A stretch of 64,000 nt of DNA. Source: Calcarisporiella thermophila CBS 279.70 (lineage: Eukaryota; Fungi; Calcarisporiellomycota). Numbering within the stretch: the first letter of the stretch is position 1; the number at the start of each line of letters is the position of its first letter. The translations under genes and the position numbers were made by a program. Shown in pieces: positions 14,662 to 26,092 of this stretch. Below the pieces are notes generated by a model, which saw only the letters and a list, made by a program, of their open reading frames with translations, was not told the DNA's origin and ran no database searches. The stretch is from assembly GCF_041956535.1 (NCBI RefSeq), contig NW_027192191.1:131702-195701 (forward strand). The letters run 5' to 3'.

Positions 14662-15829
14662 ATGTCAGGCAAGCATACCGTCCAGCGGACACTTAAGGTA
14701 AGAATGCATGCTGAGAATTGATTTATGCATTCTCCCTCTGCCCTTTCCCCCGCAATCTCTTGATGAAGCCGACTGTGATTCAGATAGTAACAGAGTCAGC
14801 TCTTCATCCAAAGTCGAAGAAGACAAAAGACGGATTATTGTGGCGCAAATGGCAGATTAGTATATATGGCGTGAATGAGGCCGGTGAGAACTATATACCA
14901 GCTTATTTGGAAAAAGTCGATTATCTTTTGCATCCCACATTCAAATCTCCAACTCGAAGTAAGTTTCTGTAAAATATACGAGGGCATAAATAATGACGGA
15001 GTTACTCATTGATATTCATTTAGCCAAAACATCCCCGCCATTTACACTTACGGAACAAGGTTGGGGCGAGTTCGACATCGGTGTCCGACTTTATTTTGTA
15101 GACAAAAACGTCAAACATGATATATTGATTCACGATTTACATTTTAAATCTAGTCATTATGAAGTCAATTATCCTCTGGCAAGTGGTCTTTGTTTTATAG
15201 CTTTTATTATATAGAAGAATAACCCTCTTTTCTTTCAATGGGAAATGCTAGATCTTTGAAAATCCTACACCCAGCTTCCTACAATTACTTGATCCCCCCT
15301 CATCCAATGCCAACTCTCCCGAAAACGGCAAGTCTGGACGTCGCAAAAGTGGAGGAAAACGACGTGACTCGGGCGACCATGAGCGTATCCGTGCTAAGAA
15401 AACGTGTAAAAAGGCGCCCGCCTCTCCTAATTTTGCCGCTCTTGACAATGATAATGAGTCTTCAGACGACGGCTCTGAGAAGGTATATCTGCCTCGTGGT
15501 TTTCATACGAGAATTCAACTTACCTAAACTGAATTGGATAATATCTGTAGCAAATTGATCTTCATAAATTACGCGACTTCTTATCCACGATGGAAGACGA
15601 GGAGACCCATAGGGTGTTTGAGGTGCTGATAAATCATTATTCGGAATCCACTTTTACAGACGTTAATCCAGACAGTAAGTATCGATTTACTGTGGATGTT
15701 CTCTTAAAACACAGCTAATCCCATTTCACTTGACATGCAGCTAAGACAGTGGAGATGGATTTAATGAAGATGGACGACAATGTACTTAGTAGAATTTGGG
15801 AGATTGCAGTTAAATTTCGTGATTATTAG
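14662..15829 (+). CDS. TAF14: YEATS-domain protein with C-terminal ET-like domain (Taf14/Tfg3-like)
   Basis: WRKWQISIYG, EKVDYLLHPTFKSP, PPFTLTEQGWGEFDI; C-terminal VEMDLMKMDDNVLSRIWE. The intron at 15179-15251 needs a GC-AG donor to keep frame. Confidence 0.8.
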
Positions 15830-16114
15830 TCATTTTCCTAGTTACCCCTCTACTTATTGTGTGTGTAGTTTCTATAGTGTTCAACTTTGTGATTTTACTC
15901 TACTTTCTCTCCCTCTCTTTTATCAGTTAACAACAATAATTGGTTTTCGTTGTAAATAAATTCCTTATTTTTTTTTTATTCTCATTTCATTTTACATGCA
16001 AAAATATATTAATAGGAATAATGGAACAAAGATACTGCAAAAAATAAATTGCTAAATGAGGATGCATATTCTTGCATCTAGTAGCTGTTTAAGCCGTATC
16101 TAGAAAGCATTACT

Positions 16115-17536
16115 CTAAGAACTGGTGCTACTGGTGCTTGAGGAGCTCGAGGAGCTACTAGAACCATCGGCACTCTTTGTCACGCTCTTGATAGACGAGT
16201 CTGTCTTTACCGTCTTGTTGAGGGAGCCGTCCGGTCCACGAGAAACGGTCACCTGGGTGGTGGGGGGCTTGACCACTTTGCGAGTGGTGCCCCCTTTGCC
16301 GTCAGATTTGACTGTCTTGATCACTTTAGGCTTCTCCCCGACCTTAGGACTCTGCTCGCCTGTTGGCTTCCCATTGTTGGCGATGGACTTGACCACATCC
16401 TCAAGATTTGGCCCTTTCCCTTCGGCTTTGTCGGTTTTTCCTTCCGGTGATTTCTCTCCGGTCTTAGGGCTCTGGACTCCGGTCGGCTTCTGAGGAGCAG
16501 CGTTAGTGGCGCCAGCCTTGGCGGCATCCTCAAGATTTGGCCCTTTCCCTTCGGCCGTGTCCGTTTTTCCTTCCAGTGGTTTCTCTTCGGTCTTAGGGCT
16601 CTGGACTCCGGTCGACTTCTGAGGAGCAGCATTAGTGGCACCAGCCTTGGTGGCGTCCTCAGGATTAGATCCCTTGGTCGCGGGGTTCTCTGCTTTAGAC
16701 TTATCGCCAGCAGGTTTCTGGGAATTCACATTGGTGGCAATAGTCTTGACAATATCCTCGAGGTTAGGGCCCTTGCCATCGGATTTGGACTTATCTCCGG
16801 CTGGTTTCTGAGTATTTACATTTGTAGCAATAGTCTTGACAATATCCTCGAGGCTTGGCCCCTTGCCATCCGACTTGCCAGCAGTTCCTGATTTCGATTT
16901 ATCTCCAGACGAATTCTTTGCATTGGAGGCGATGCCTTTGATAATGTCTTCTAGATTCGGCCCCTTGCCTTCGTTTCCTTTGGCTCCCGACTTCGGTTTG
17001 GAGTCTTTGCTCTTTGAGTCTGTTTTGGCGTCTTTTTTCTCATTGGCTTTAGCGGCGTCCTTGCTTTTCGCTCCTTTGTCCTCAGTCGACTTGCCGGAAA
17101 GGCCCTTCTCCTTTTCTCCCTTCTCCTTGCCTGTTGCTCCCGTCTTTCCCTCGGCCTTTTTAGCTTCTTCGGCCGCCGCTGCGCCCTTTGCGGCCTTATC
17201 AATTCCACTCATTACACCTTCAATCACCTTTTTAATATCTACATCGCCCCCCGCAGGTTTGGGTGCTCCTGTTGCCCTAGTTTCTCCCTTGGCCTTTGCC
17301 TTCTCCGTGGCAGCCGCTCCACCTGCATTCCCATCCACCGGCCCGCGGCGGTTGTGATGCAAGGTGCCTGGCGCAAACATTTGAGATACACCGGGACCAA
17401 AGAGATCCCAGCGCTCGCCCCAGACCGGCGGTGCGAGCATGGATTCGCTAGAATCGTCTGCGTTACTGGGCTGTATAGGTGCAGCAAAGAGAAGGGGCAG
17501 AGACGCTAAAGTTAAAGTGAGTGTAATGAACTTCAT
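16115..17536 (-). CDS. Secreted low-complexity repeat protein (473 aa, K/G/S/T/A-rich), single exon
   Basis: Signal peptide MKFITLTLTLASLPLLFA, dibasic NRR site, about 6 copies of GKGP(N/S)LEDxxKxxAxN, Ser-rich C-terminus with no GPI-type hydrophobic tail. Confidence 0.85.
   Translation of the reverse strand: MKFITLTLTLASLPLLFAAPIQPSNADDSSESMLAPPVWGERWDLFGPGVSQMFAPGTLHHNRRGPVDGNAGGAAATEKAKAKGETRATGAPKPAGGDVDIKKVIEGVMSGIDKAAKGAAAAEEAKKAEGKTGATGKEKGEKEKGLSGKSTEDKGAKSKDAAKANEKKDAKTDSKSKDSKPKSGAKGNEGKGPNLEDIIKGIASNAKNSSGDKSKSGTAGKSDGKGPSLEDIVKTIATNVNTQKPAGDKSKSDGKGPNLEDIVKTIATNVNSQKPAGDKSKAENPATKGSNPEDATKAGATNAAPQKSTGVQSPKTEEKPLEGKTDTAEGKGPNLEDAAKAGATNAAPQKPTGVQSPKTGEKSPEGKTDKAEGKGPNLEDVVKSIANNGKPTGEQSPKVGEKPKVIKTVKSDGKGGTTRKVVKPPTTQVTVSRGPDGSLNKTVKTDSSIKSVTKSADGSSSSSSSSSTSSTSS
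16400..16660 (-). repeat. Coding tandem repeat, 129-bp (43-aa) unit x2
   Basis: CTCAAGATTTGGCCCTTTCCCTTCGGC recurs at about 16400 and 16529, with near-identical downstream sequence. Confidence 0.85.
16713..16875 (-). repeat. Coding tandem repeat, 90-bp (30-aa) unit x~2
   Basis: GGTTTCTG..GCAATAGTCTTGACAATATCCTCGAGG..CCCTTGCCATC at about 16713 and 16803. Confidence 0.85.
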
Positions 17537-18740
17537 ATTTCAATAGTATAAAGATACAAGGAGGGTGGGGAAGGGATGAGTAAAATACAAGTGAAAAAAG
17601 CACAACTACTGAAAAACGAAGCAAGAATCTCTGACATTTTTAGCAAATCCAAGAGCCCGTATTACTTTTATATGAAGCAGTCCGAGCACTTTTGTGTATT
17701 GGGAGAACAAAATCGACAATCTACAACTTGGATCTGCCGTGGGTGTCGAATAAGCAACGGGCAAGAAGCATAGACCACCAATTCGGATTGTGGAACTTGA
17801 GACTCGCTCGATTCCGTAAAAATCAAGGCGGAATCCCACTGTTACAATAACCCTTTTAATTTTACAAATTCTGTCGAAGGGCCCTTTTAGTCGTGGTTAT
17901 ACCGCTCGACAATTGAAGTTAGTGTTAAGCCTCTTTAACCATGGCGAAAACGCCAGCACAAATCGAAAGCTCTCGAGACAAAACCCGTCCAGGAAATTGC
18001 GAAGATTATATCACTCAGCTGTACTTTGGACCCACCCATAGAAAATGAAGTCCCAGGCTCCCCTGACCTTGTCATCATCATAATGCATAATCTATTCCAA
18101 TAAAGTATAGCAGAGCGGCCACATTGCCTTATGACGCAGATGCAGATGTTTGTTTGTTGCTTGATGCTGTTGCCCTTTAATACACGAGGGGAAAAAAAAT
18201 ATTGATAATATAAAATCGAGTTGTCTTTTCGTTAGTCTTGCGAGTTGAAATGCTTGCGTGTCAACCGAGTAATTCGATAAATCTAGAGACTCAACAGCAC
18301 CTTGATAAGCAATAAAGTTCATTTCCCTATAATTACATATAATACTCAATCCGATACCATGAGCACCTAACTGGATTATACGAGTACCTGTTTTGGGGAG
18401 GTTATGTGCTCCAAATGATCACCAAAAAATTCCTTATCCTTCAGCCCACAATTTTCCACTGAATATGGCGGTGGCTATATTTCGATTACAACAGATCGGA
18501 AGCTAGTCCGATAAATGGCCTCGCGAAAAAACTACCACAACCAACTCTTAAATATTCGATATGTATTATAGGGATGCTATCTCCACGCTTTATTACAACA
18601 AAGAAGCATAGTCCTGCAGAAACATGTATACTCAATGGATGACGGTACTCTATCGCGCATGGCAAGGGGTATCATCATGGAACAAAATGCAATTGCTTTA
18701 TTGATTCTAAAATCAAGGATACAAAACCGCCCCCTAAACT

Positions 18741-20124
18741 CTATCCATCCACCACATAAAAGTAGAGCGTGTCCCCCGCACAGGCCATCAACCATGTCTC
18801 GGTCGCATGCCAGCTGAGATCTCGAAGTCGCACGTTGGAAGGCGAGGGGAATGCCTGTGGAACTTGTGGATACGAAGTGTTATAGACTTTAAGGGTTGTT
18901 CCGCCACAGCTTGCAAAGTAGCGCGGGTTAGCTGGCGAAAACCGGAACTTTCCTCCACTCTCAGCGTGACCCTCTCCTCTCTGCTCTGGATGATTCTCAC
19001 GGAGATTCCAAAGGCACCACTTAGAACCTACCAATGCTCCAAAACTGGACCAAGGTAAAATATTTAGCAACCCTTCTCGAAATACGGCCAATGAAGTCAA
19101 CTTATGGTAACTTACCACTGTGCATTCCCTGGTCTCCAATCGGCACATTTTAGCCCTGCCCGCGGGCCTATTCCACTGCGGAGACCAGTCGAAGCTTCGT
19201 GCAGCGACAGAGCCCAAAGACGCTCCTGTCTCGTCCAGTCGTAGAGGCGGATTGCTCCACTCTGCTCTGCAATCATCAGATGGGTGTTATCGGCTCGATG
19301 CCAACGCACCGAAATCCCCGCGCTTGCGAGAGAGATTGTTTGCAGTGTCTGACGGTCAGCGAAGCTCCATATTTTACAAGTTCTATCGGCTGTTAACAAG
19401 GAGAGAGTTTAGTCTGGTAGTCAAGCAAAGCTAGAGTTGGTAGGAAACAGTGAGAAAGGGAATTACAGCTGACACTGGCCACAATATCTCCCGAATTCAA
19501 ATTACAAGCAACATCGTTAATTTGATCCGTGTGCCCCAACTCAATGTGCATGTTGTCTCCCTCGATGAAGCGAAGCTTATTATCTGCACAAGCAACCACC
19601 AAACTACCCGAAATTCCACTTATTTCTAATGCTCTCAACCTGACTGTAAGATTGTATTTACCTAATACCATTGTTGAGTTTTTGGGTCGAGCTGACACTA
19701 GACCACGCAATAGCAGTGACCCTTGCTCCGATATTGTACGTTTTTACCTCCTCAAATTTGAAGCTAGAATCAATATACCAACGCGTCAATCAATGTGCAG
19801 TAGAGGATGCAAAACCCCCTCAATTACTTTGATCGTTCCCCCCCCTCTACCTCTCTAACCCGTAAAATTCCCACATGATTTTCCCCCCCTTCAAGCAGAT
19901 ACCACTTTTTTTAGCACCCCATCACATAACCGTTTTCGGCAAGAGCAGCTTACCGTAGGCCAAAAGATCCTCGGCATGCTCGTGACAGAACTGACATACG
20001 TAGATCTCCTCTAAACAGGGATAACTACTCAATAAAAAAATAGACGGTTGTGAGCCCCTTTCGTTGCCTATTTTCTGCTCCAATATTGGCCCTAAATGAA
20101 CCTTGAGTAATGTTCTGTTGTCAT
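18741..20124 (-). CDS. NUP37: WD40 nucleoporin Nup37
   Basis: GHTDQINDVAC..DIVASVS/DRTCKIW..LASAGISVRWHRADNTHLMIAEQSGAIRLYD..CADW..FGALVGSKWCLW..FRFSPANPRYFA parallels metazoan NUP37 blades. The 5' exons are tentative. Confidence 0.8.
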
Positions 20125-20395
20125 GACGACGGCTAGAGCGAGGACGCGTTCGAAGAAAAACAAACCGCATGACTTCGTCACTCTATTTCGTGGCGCGTTC
20201 AATTTGTGTAACCAAGTGTTTTCCAGAGCTTTTCTTTGTATTTCTTAGCGGTGTAAGATAAATTTCTTTCGGTGCGAAGCCCTTTCAGCTTCTTTCCATC
20301 ACATCCTCACCCCCGGCAAGTGCCTATACTAGCAGCATACCCCCCTATTTTATATCTTCTTTTTTAATTCTACCTGGAGATTATATCTGTCGCTA

Positions 20396-22211
20396 ATGAG
20401 CTGGTATTATTACGCACTGATGTCTTGATCGAGTCTCGGCACACGATTATAAACATATGTATATTACTCATCCTATAGGAAGGGATTGCAGAAGGCTGTG
20501 AATCGGCTTCCACATCAGATCAAAGCTGCAACCGGCTACTCTGAAGGTGACATTAGATGAAGTGACTGAGGAATACCCTGCGTAGGATTACTAATTCGCC
20601 CTTTGAATACAACAGAGACCAAAGATCAAGAGTTTAAGACATTCGAGGCTCGCTTTACACAAATCGAAAAGGCTGCAGTCCAACTGCATTCCGATGCTCA
20701 GAAATATAGAGATGGAATTTCGGGTAAGCTTGGCCTTACCATTCAGTAGTTTGAATACGCCTGATCGCCATTATATAAATTGCAGCATTCATGATGCATG
20801 AGGTGTCCGCGGCGGAGACTTTGGTGGATTTGTATAACCCTATTAATGGTCGCGATGATGGCGCGGTACTTCGACGCCATCAAACGCCCGCTCATGCTTT
20901 GCAGGCGGTTCAGACATTTCATGGGATCGTCGAAGAGACTCGAGATATTCTCATGCCCTTGCTGGTAAGTAGCTTCGACCGCACAAATATCGTTCGAGAT
21001 GGACCCTGATGCACACTGGTTTGTTGGCATCTATACAGGATGATTTGGACAGGAGAGTGGTGCAGCCACTAGCAGATTTCATTACAGTGACTAAGCTGAT
21101 ACGCAAGACGATCACCAAGCGCAACCACAAACAAGTGGATTTTGATCGCTTCCGTAACTCGCTGAAGAAGCTGCGCGAAAAAAAGGAGCGCTCATTATCT
21201 GACGAGAAGAACATGTTCAAACTTGAGTCGCAATACGAGCTTGCTACCCAGGAGTACAACTACTACAACGATCTACTAAAGGCGCAGTTGCCTGTGTTTT
21301 TCGAGCAAAAGGACCAGTTCATCGACCCCTTATTCCATAGCTTCTACGTGGTACAATTCCGCATCTTCGAAATACTGAATGAGCGTTTGCAGGAGGCGGT
21401 GAATGCAGGCGGCTATGACATGAACACAGATATCTTGCTCGCGTACGATAGAAAGAAATCCGAGATCCAGAATGAGCTGGAGGAATTAACATTACTCTCG
21501 CGCAAGTCTCTTGCAAAAGGTAAATACCCCTGAAGCGTATATATATATATACGTGCGTGGATGTGTACATGAAATATGGCCCGTTAATCATTATGAACCC
21601 CTCTGCTTGTTTAGCAACGACGGCCCATTTCCGCAATAATATTGCCCCGGCTGTGGGCGGTTCGCAGCCAGGCGAGGAGAACGGCGACACTGCCCCTCCT
21701 CCATACACACCGGCGGCGAATCCTGAGGGCAACGGCTTTTCCTCCCCCCTCCACCGCTCGGCCTCAACAGCCTCGTCCTCCTCCATGGGAGGAAACCTTC
21801 GCTCCGGAATTATGAAATTCTCAACCAAGGTGGGGGTAAGCGAACAGCGAATGAACAGCATTCTTCCGAAGAGCGACAGCCGGGTGCCCAGCTATCGGGC
21901 CCCTCCACCTCCTCCTCCTGCGCCACGCGTTGCCAGAGAACCCCCCAAGGAGTATGTGATCGCCCTCTATGACTACACCGGGGAGGAGGGTGATTTGAGC
22001 TTCCGGAAAGACGATAAGATTGAGATAGTGGAGAAGACGCAAAGCACGAACGACTGGTGGACGGGGCGCCTGAATGGGAAAACGGGCTTGTTTCCGGGTG
22101 AGTTCCCAGGGGGGGAAAGAGAAGCAGGAAGGGGTTAGGGATGAAAATAGAGTCTAATCTTTGTCTATTTTTCTCACCACCGCATTAGCAAACTATGTTG
22201 CGCAGCTGTGA
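20396..22211 (+). CDS. RVS167: N-BAR + SH3 amphiphysin-like protein (Rvs167/Hob1)
   Basis: MSW/KGLQKAVNRLPH, KRNHKQVDFDR, YNYYNDLLKAQLP, Pro-rich linker and SH3 YVIALYDY..DLSF..DWWTG..GLFP/ANYV. Confidence 0.92.
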
Positions 22212-22403
22212 GAGGGATCGGGAAGATGTGGGAGCTAATCAATCCATTTCAGCGCATTTTTCACCCTGTGATTTTGCAGGCTCTTATTTTCACCTGTTGT
22301 TCCAACACCTATCTTCAGCTATTTATTTATTTATCTAAGGTTATGCGATGGAGATAAAAACAAAGTTTCTCCTCATTTTGTGACTGCCCTTCCGATTTGG
22401 GAT

Positions 22404-22411
22404 TGAGTCAT
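22404..22411. promoter_or_regulatory. Gcn4/CpcA (AP-1) site TGAGTCAT upstream of asparagine synthetase
   Basis: Consensus TGA(C/G)TCA about 310 nt upstream of the ATG. Asn synthetases are established general-amino-acid-control targets. Confidence 0.55.
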
Positions 22412-22715
22412 TTGCAATTCATGCAAACACACTTGAAAATTCGCGAGTGGATAAAAAGATCAAGAAAAACCCCCTTTTATTTATCGCTTGGCTCCCCCTT
22501 TCTCTCCATTGGTGGTCTTTTTTCATTCCATTAGCATTCTACCTACTTCTCGACTCTTGAGAATAAATGTGAGTTCATCTCGCCTCCCTGCCATCCCAGC
22601 GGGGCATATCGATGTCCTCAATGTCAACATTGCTTTTGGATTGTTGCTAATTTTCTTTTTGTGTTTATTTGACATTGTCATGCTTGCAGAGCATACACAT
22701 AAAAAAAACAGGCAA

Positions 22716-24730
22716 ATGTGTGGCATTTTCGCAGTCTACAACTACCAAGGCGATGTTCAGGCATTTCGCCAACGTGCCCTATTACTCTCAAAAAAGTAAC
22801 GAAGACATTGTTTGACAAGTCGATATTAAGGGACCCCATTGACAGAATTGCTTTGCTTTGTTTGCTTTATTTGCTTTGTTTTGCTTTGCCCTGTATTTTT
22901 TTTATTTTGGTTTGCAGAGTTCGGCATCGTGGTCCCGATTGGAGCGGCTGCGTAGTTGCTGACAACCACATTTTGTGCCATGAGCGTCTTGCTATCGTTG
23001 GCGTCAGTAAGTGATCTTTTCGGCTAATTATCTATTTCTCCAGTGATGCATTGGGCTCATGCATTAATTAATTCATAGACTCTGGGGCTCAACCCCTAAC
23101 CAACGAGGATGGCACCATCATCCTTTCCGTTAACGGTGAAATCTATAACCACAAGGCATTACGTAAAATGCTCAAGGAAAAGCATGTATTCAAGACGGAA
23201 TCCGATTGCGAGGTTATCCTCCACTTGGTACACTCTCCACCCTATTTCTGTTGGCGCCGTGCATTTCTTTGAAGACTGACCTTTTATTTTTATTTTTGAC
23301 TCCCCATACGACTTTAGTATGCAGAGATGGGACCCTCCTTCGTCGACTTGCTCGACGGCATGTTCTCTTTTGTCCTTCTCGACGTCCCTAAGAACCGGGT
23401 CATTGCTGCCCGTGACCCTATTGGCATCACCACGCTCTACCAGGGCTTCTCCTCCTCTTCCCCCGGCACCGTCTACTTCGCCTCGGAGCTCAAGAGTCTC
23501 AACGAGGACTGTGACCGGATTCTTGCCTTCCCGCCAGGGCACATGTACGATTCGGCCACCGGCGAGACCACCCGCTACTTCCAGCCGGCATGGTGGGATG
23601 CCAGCGTAGTGCCAACAAGAGAGGTGGACTACACGAAGCTGAGGGAGTCGTTGGAGGCCGCCGTGCGCAAGCGCCTGATGAGCGAGGTGCCCTACGGGGT
23701 GCTCCTCAGCGGAGGCTTGGACTCGAGTCTGATTGCCGCCATCGCGGCCCGTGAAACGGAGCACCTTGCCAGCGCAGAGCTGCAGCGCCAAGCGCGCCGA
23801 AAGGCCCGGGCTCACCACGACGACGATGCCGGCTCGGAGTCGGAGGGCGAGAGGCTGGCGGCGTGGCCCCGCCTCCACTCCTTCTCCATCGGACTGCCCG
23901 GGTCCCCCGACTTGATTGCCGCGCGAGAGGTGGCCAAGTTCCTGGGCACCGTGCACCACGAATACACCTTCACCATCCAAGAGGGGCTCGACGCCCTGCA
24001 GGACGTGATCTACCACCTGGAGACGTACGATGTCACCACGGTCCGCGCGAGCACCCCAATGTACCTCCTCTCCCGCAAGATCAAGGCCATGGGGGTGAAG
24101 ATGGTGCTGAGCGGCGAGGGCAGCGACGAGATTTTGGGCGGGTATCTCTACTTCCACTCCGCGCCCGACGCCCGGGCCTTCCACGAGGAGACGGTCACCC
24201 GGATCAAGAACCTGCACACCGCTGACTGCTTGCGCGCGAACAAGGCGACCATGGCGTGGGGTCTTGAAGCGCGAGTGCCGTTCCTGGACAAGGGCTTCCT
24301 GGCAGAGGCCATGACCGTCAACCCTGAGGAGAAGATGTGCGCCCCCGGCAAGATGGAGAAGTACATCCTCCGCCGGGCCTTCGACACCCCCGAGAGGCCG
24401 TATCTGCCGCACAACATCCTGTGGCGCCAGAAGGAGCAGTTCTCGGACGGCGTGGGCTACTCCTGGATCGACTCGCTCAAGGACACGGCCGAGACCCGCG
24501 TCACGGAGGAGCAGATGAAGGGTGCGGCGGCAAGATGGCCTCACGACACCCCGCAGACCAAGGAGGCCTACTGGTACCGGGAGATGTTCGAGAGCTGGTT
24601 CCCTCAGCCCGCCTGCACGGAGAGCGTGGTGCGCTGGGTGCCGCGGGCCGACTGGGGCTGTCCCGCCGACCCGAGTGGCCGCGCCCAAAAGGCCCACAAC
24701 GCCGCCTACGAACAGCCCGCCAAAAACTAG
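22716..24730 (+). CDS. ASN1: Asparagine synthetase (glutamine-hydrolysing)
   Basis: MCGIFA (Ntn Cys), [64 protein letters not shown] and DPSGRA. Confidence 0.97.
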
Positions 24731-25190
24731 GCGTGAGCCTACCTCTAGGGCGCTGTGGGGGGGGGGAAGGGGGGCAGTTTCCTCTTGAGTTGGATGAAAG
24801 GGTGTGGGGGTGTGTTTAGAATATAGGATTAATTGGCAAGCGTGGTAGGAAGTAGTAGCTTTTCTCTTTTCTACCGTTCCTCTTTTTTTTTTTCTTTCTC
24901 TCTCTTTTTCAAATATTTGTGGCTGTAATAAAACGACTGGAAACACATCCTTTTACTGTTTTGTATATTTGTTGTGTTGCTAACTACCTATGAACAAACA
25001 AGCAAATAAAATTTAGGGATGGACACGATTTCATGCTCTACAACGCCAAGTATGGGAGGGGGAGGTGGATCCAATTTTTTTTTTTTCTTGGCAAACGAGA
25101 GAAAGCATGAGGCGTGATGCGATCCTATGCAAGTTATATTGAGACAAAAAGTTTAATCCAAAAATATGCCGTCAGGGAAACCCGTCTAGT

Positions 25191-25213
25191 TTATTATTAT
25201 TATTATTATTATT
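25191..25213. repeat. (TTA)n microsatellite
   Basis: Direct reading. Confidence 0.8.
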
Positions 25214-25477
25214 TTTGAAAGCAATGCATAACAACATTTGCCGGATTTCCTGGTCGTCTGGAATCAGGATTCATTAGAAAAAAAAAAATAAAACGGGAGA
25301 GTGGTACTAGAACAGTGGGAGAGCATATAGATGAAAACATGGAGCATTAGTCAGAAAAAAGTTATGTATATATATAAAAAAAGAAAAAGAAAACAGGGAA
25401 AATAGACAAGACAATAAAATAATTAAGTGTCGCATCGGTAAGAAAGCGAGGAAAAAAAAAATCAGAATTCCAACCGA

Positions 25478-26032
25478 TTAGAACAGCACAACGGCTCCGA
25501 TAACGGCGGCTCCCATGAAAGCGCCGGCCTTCAGCGCACCAGCGCCGGCCTGCGAGGGTCGGGCGCTGGGCACAAACGAAGCGGAGGTCGCGCCGGTCGA
25601 GACGCCCGACACGGAGACGGAGAGGGTGGAGGTGGTGGAGAGGGGAGTGAAGGAGAAGGTGGAGGTGGAGGTGCCGGTAGCGATGGAGGAGGTCTCGCTT
25701 GCGGATTCGGTGGTCGAGGCCAGGGTGGCGGTCTCGGTCGCGGCGGAGGTCTCGGTCGCGGTTGAGGTAGCCGAGGCGGTGACCTCGGAATCAGTGGCGG
25801 TGCTCGTGGCGGACTCCGTTGCGGTGGCCGCAGACTCGGTGGCCTCGGCAGACTGTGTAGTGTCCTCTTTGCCAAGGTAGAAGCGGTCAATGCAGGACTG
25901 GTAGCAGCTGGTGACATCTTCCCCCTTACATGATGAGATGCAGCTGGAGGTTTGCGCAACCGCTTCGCTGTCCTGAGCGCTGACGGCAAGGGCAACGGCA
26001 AGAAGAGAGAGGAGAGTGAAGGAGAATTTCAT
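25478..26032 (-). CDS. Ser/Thr-rich GPI-anchored cell-wall protein with a small 4-Cys N-terminal domain
   Basis: Signal MKFSFTLLSLLAVALAVSA, CISSC..SCYQSC, S/T/A/E stalk and omega/hydrophobic tail (AGAGALKAGAFMGAAVIGAVVLF). True start is the internal ATG at 26032. Confidence 0.85.
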   Translation of the reverse strand: MKFSFTLLSLLAVALAVSAQDSEAVAQTSSCISSCKGEDVTSCYQSCIDRFYLGKEDTTQSAEATESAATATESATSTATDSEVTASATSTATETSAATETATLASTTESASETSSIATGTSTSTFSFTPLSTTSTLSVSVSGVSTGATSASFVPSARPSQAGAGALKAGAFMGAAVIGAVVLF

Positions 26033-26058
26033 GTTGGAGGTTGGAAAATGGGTTGCTA

Positions 26059-26082
<24 letters not shown>
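26059..26082. repeat. (AG)12 microsatellite in the 5'UTR of the GPI protein gene
   Basis: Direct reading. Confidence 0.85.

Positions 26083-26092
<10 letters not shown>

Noticed and set aside
23159-24946. 595-aa antisense ORF
   Set aside because: Shadow of the GC3-rich asparagine synthetase exon; no independent motifs.
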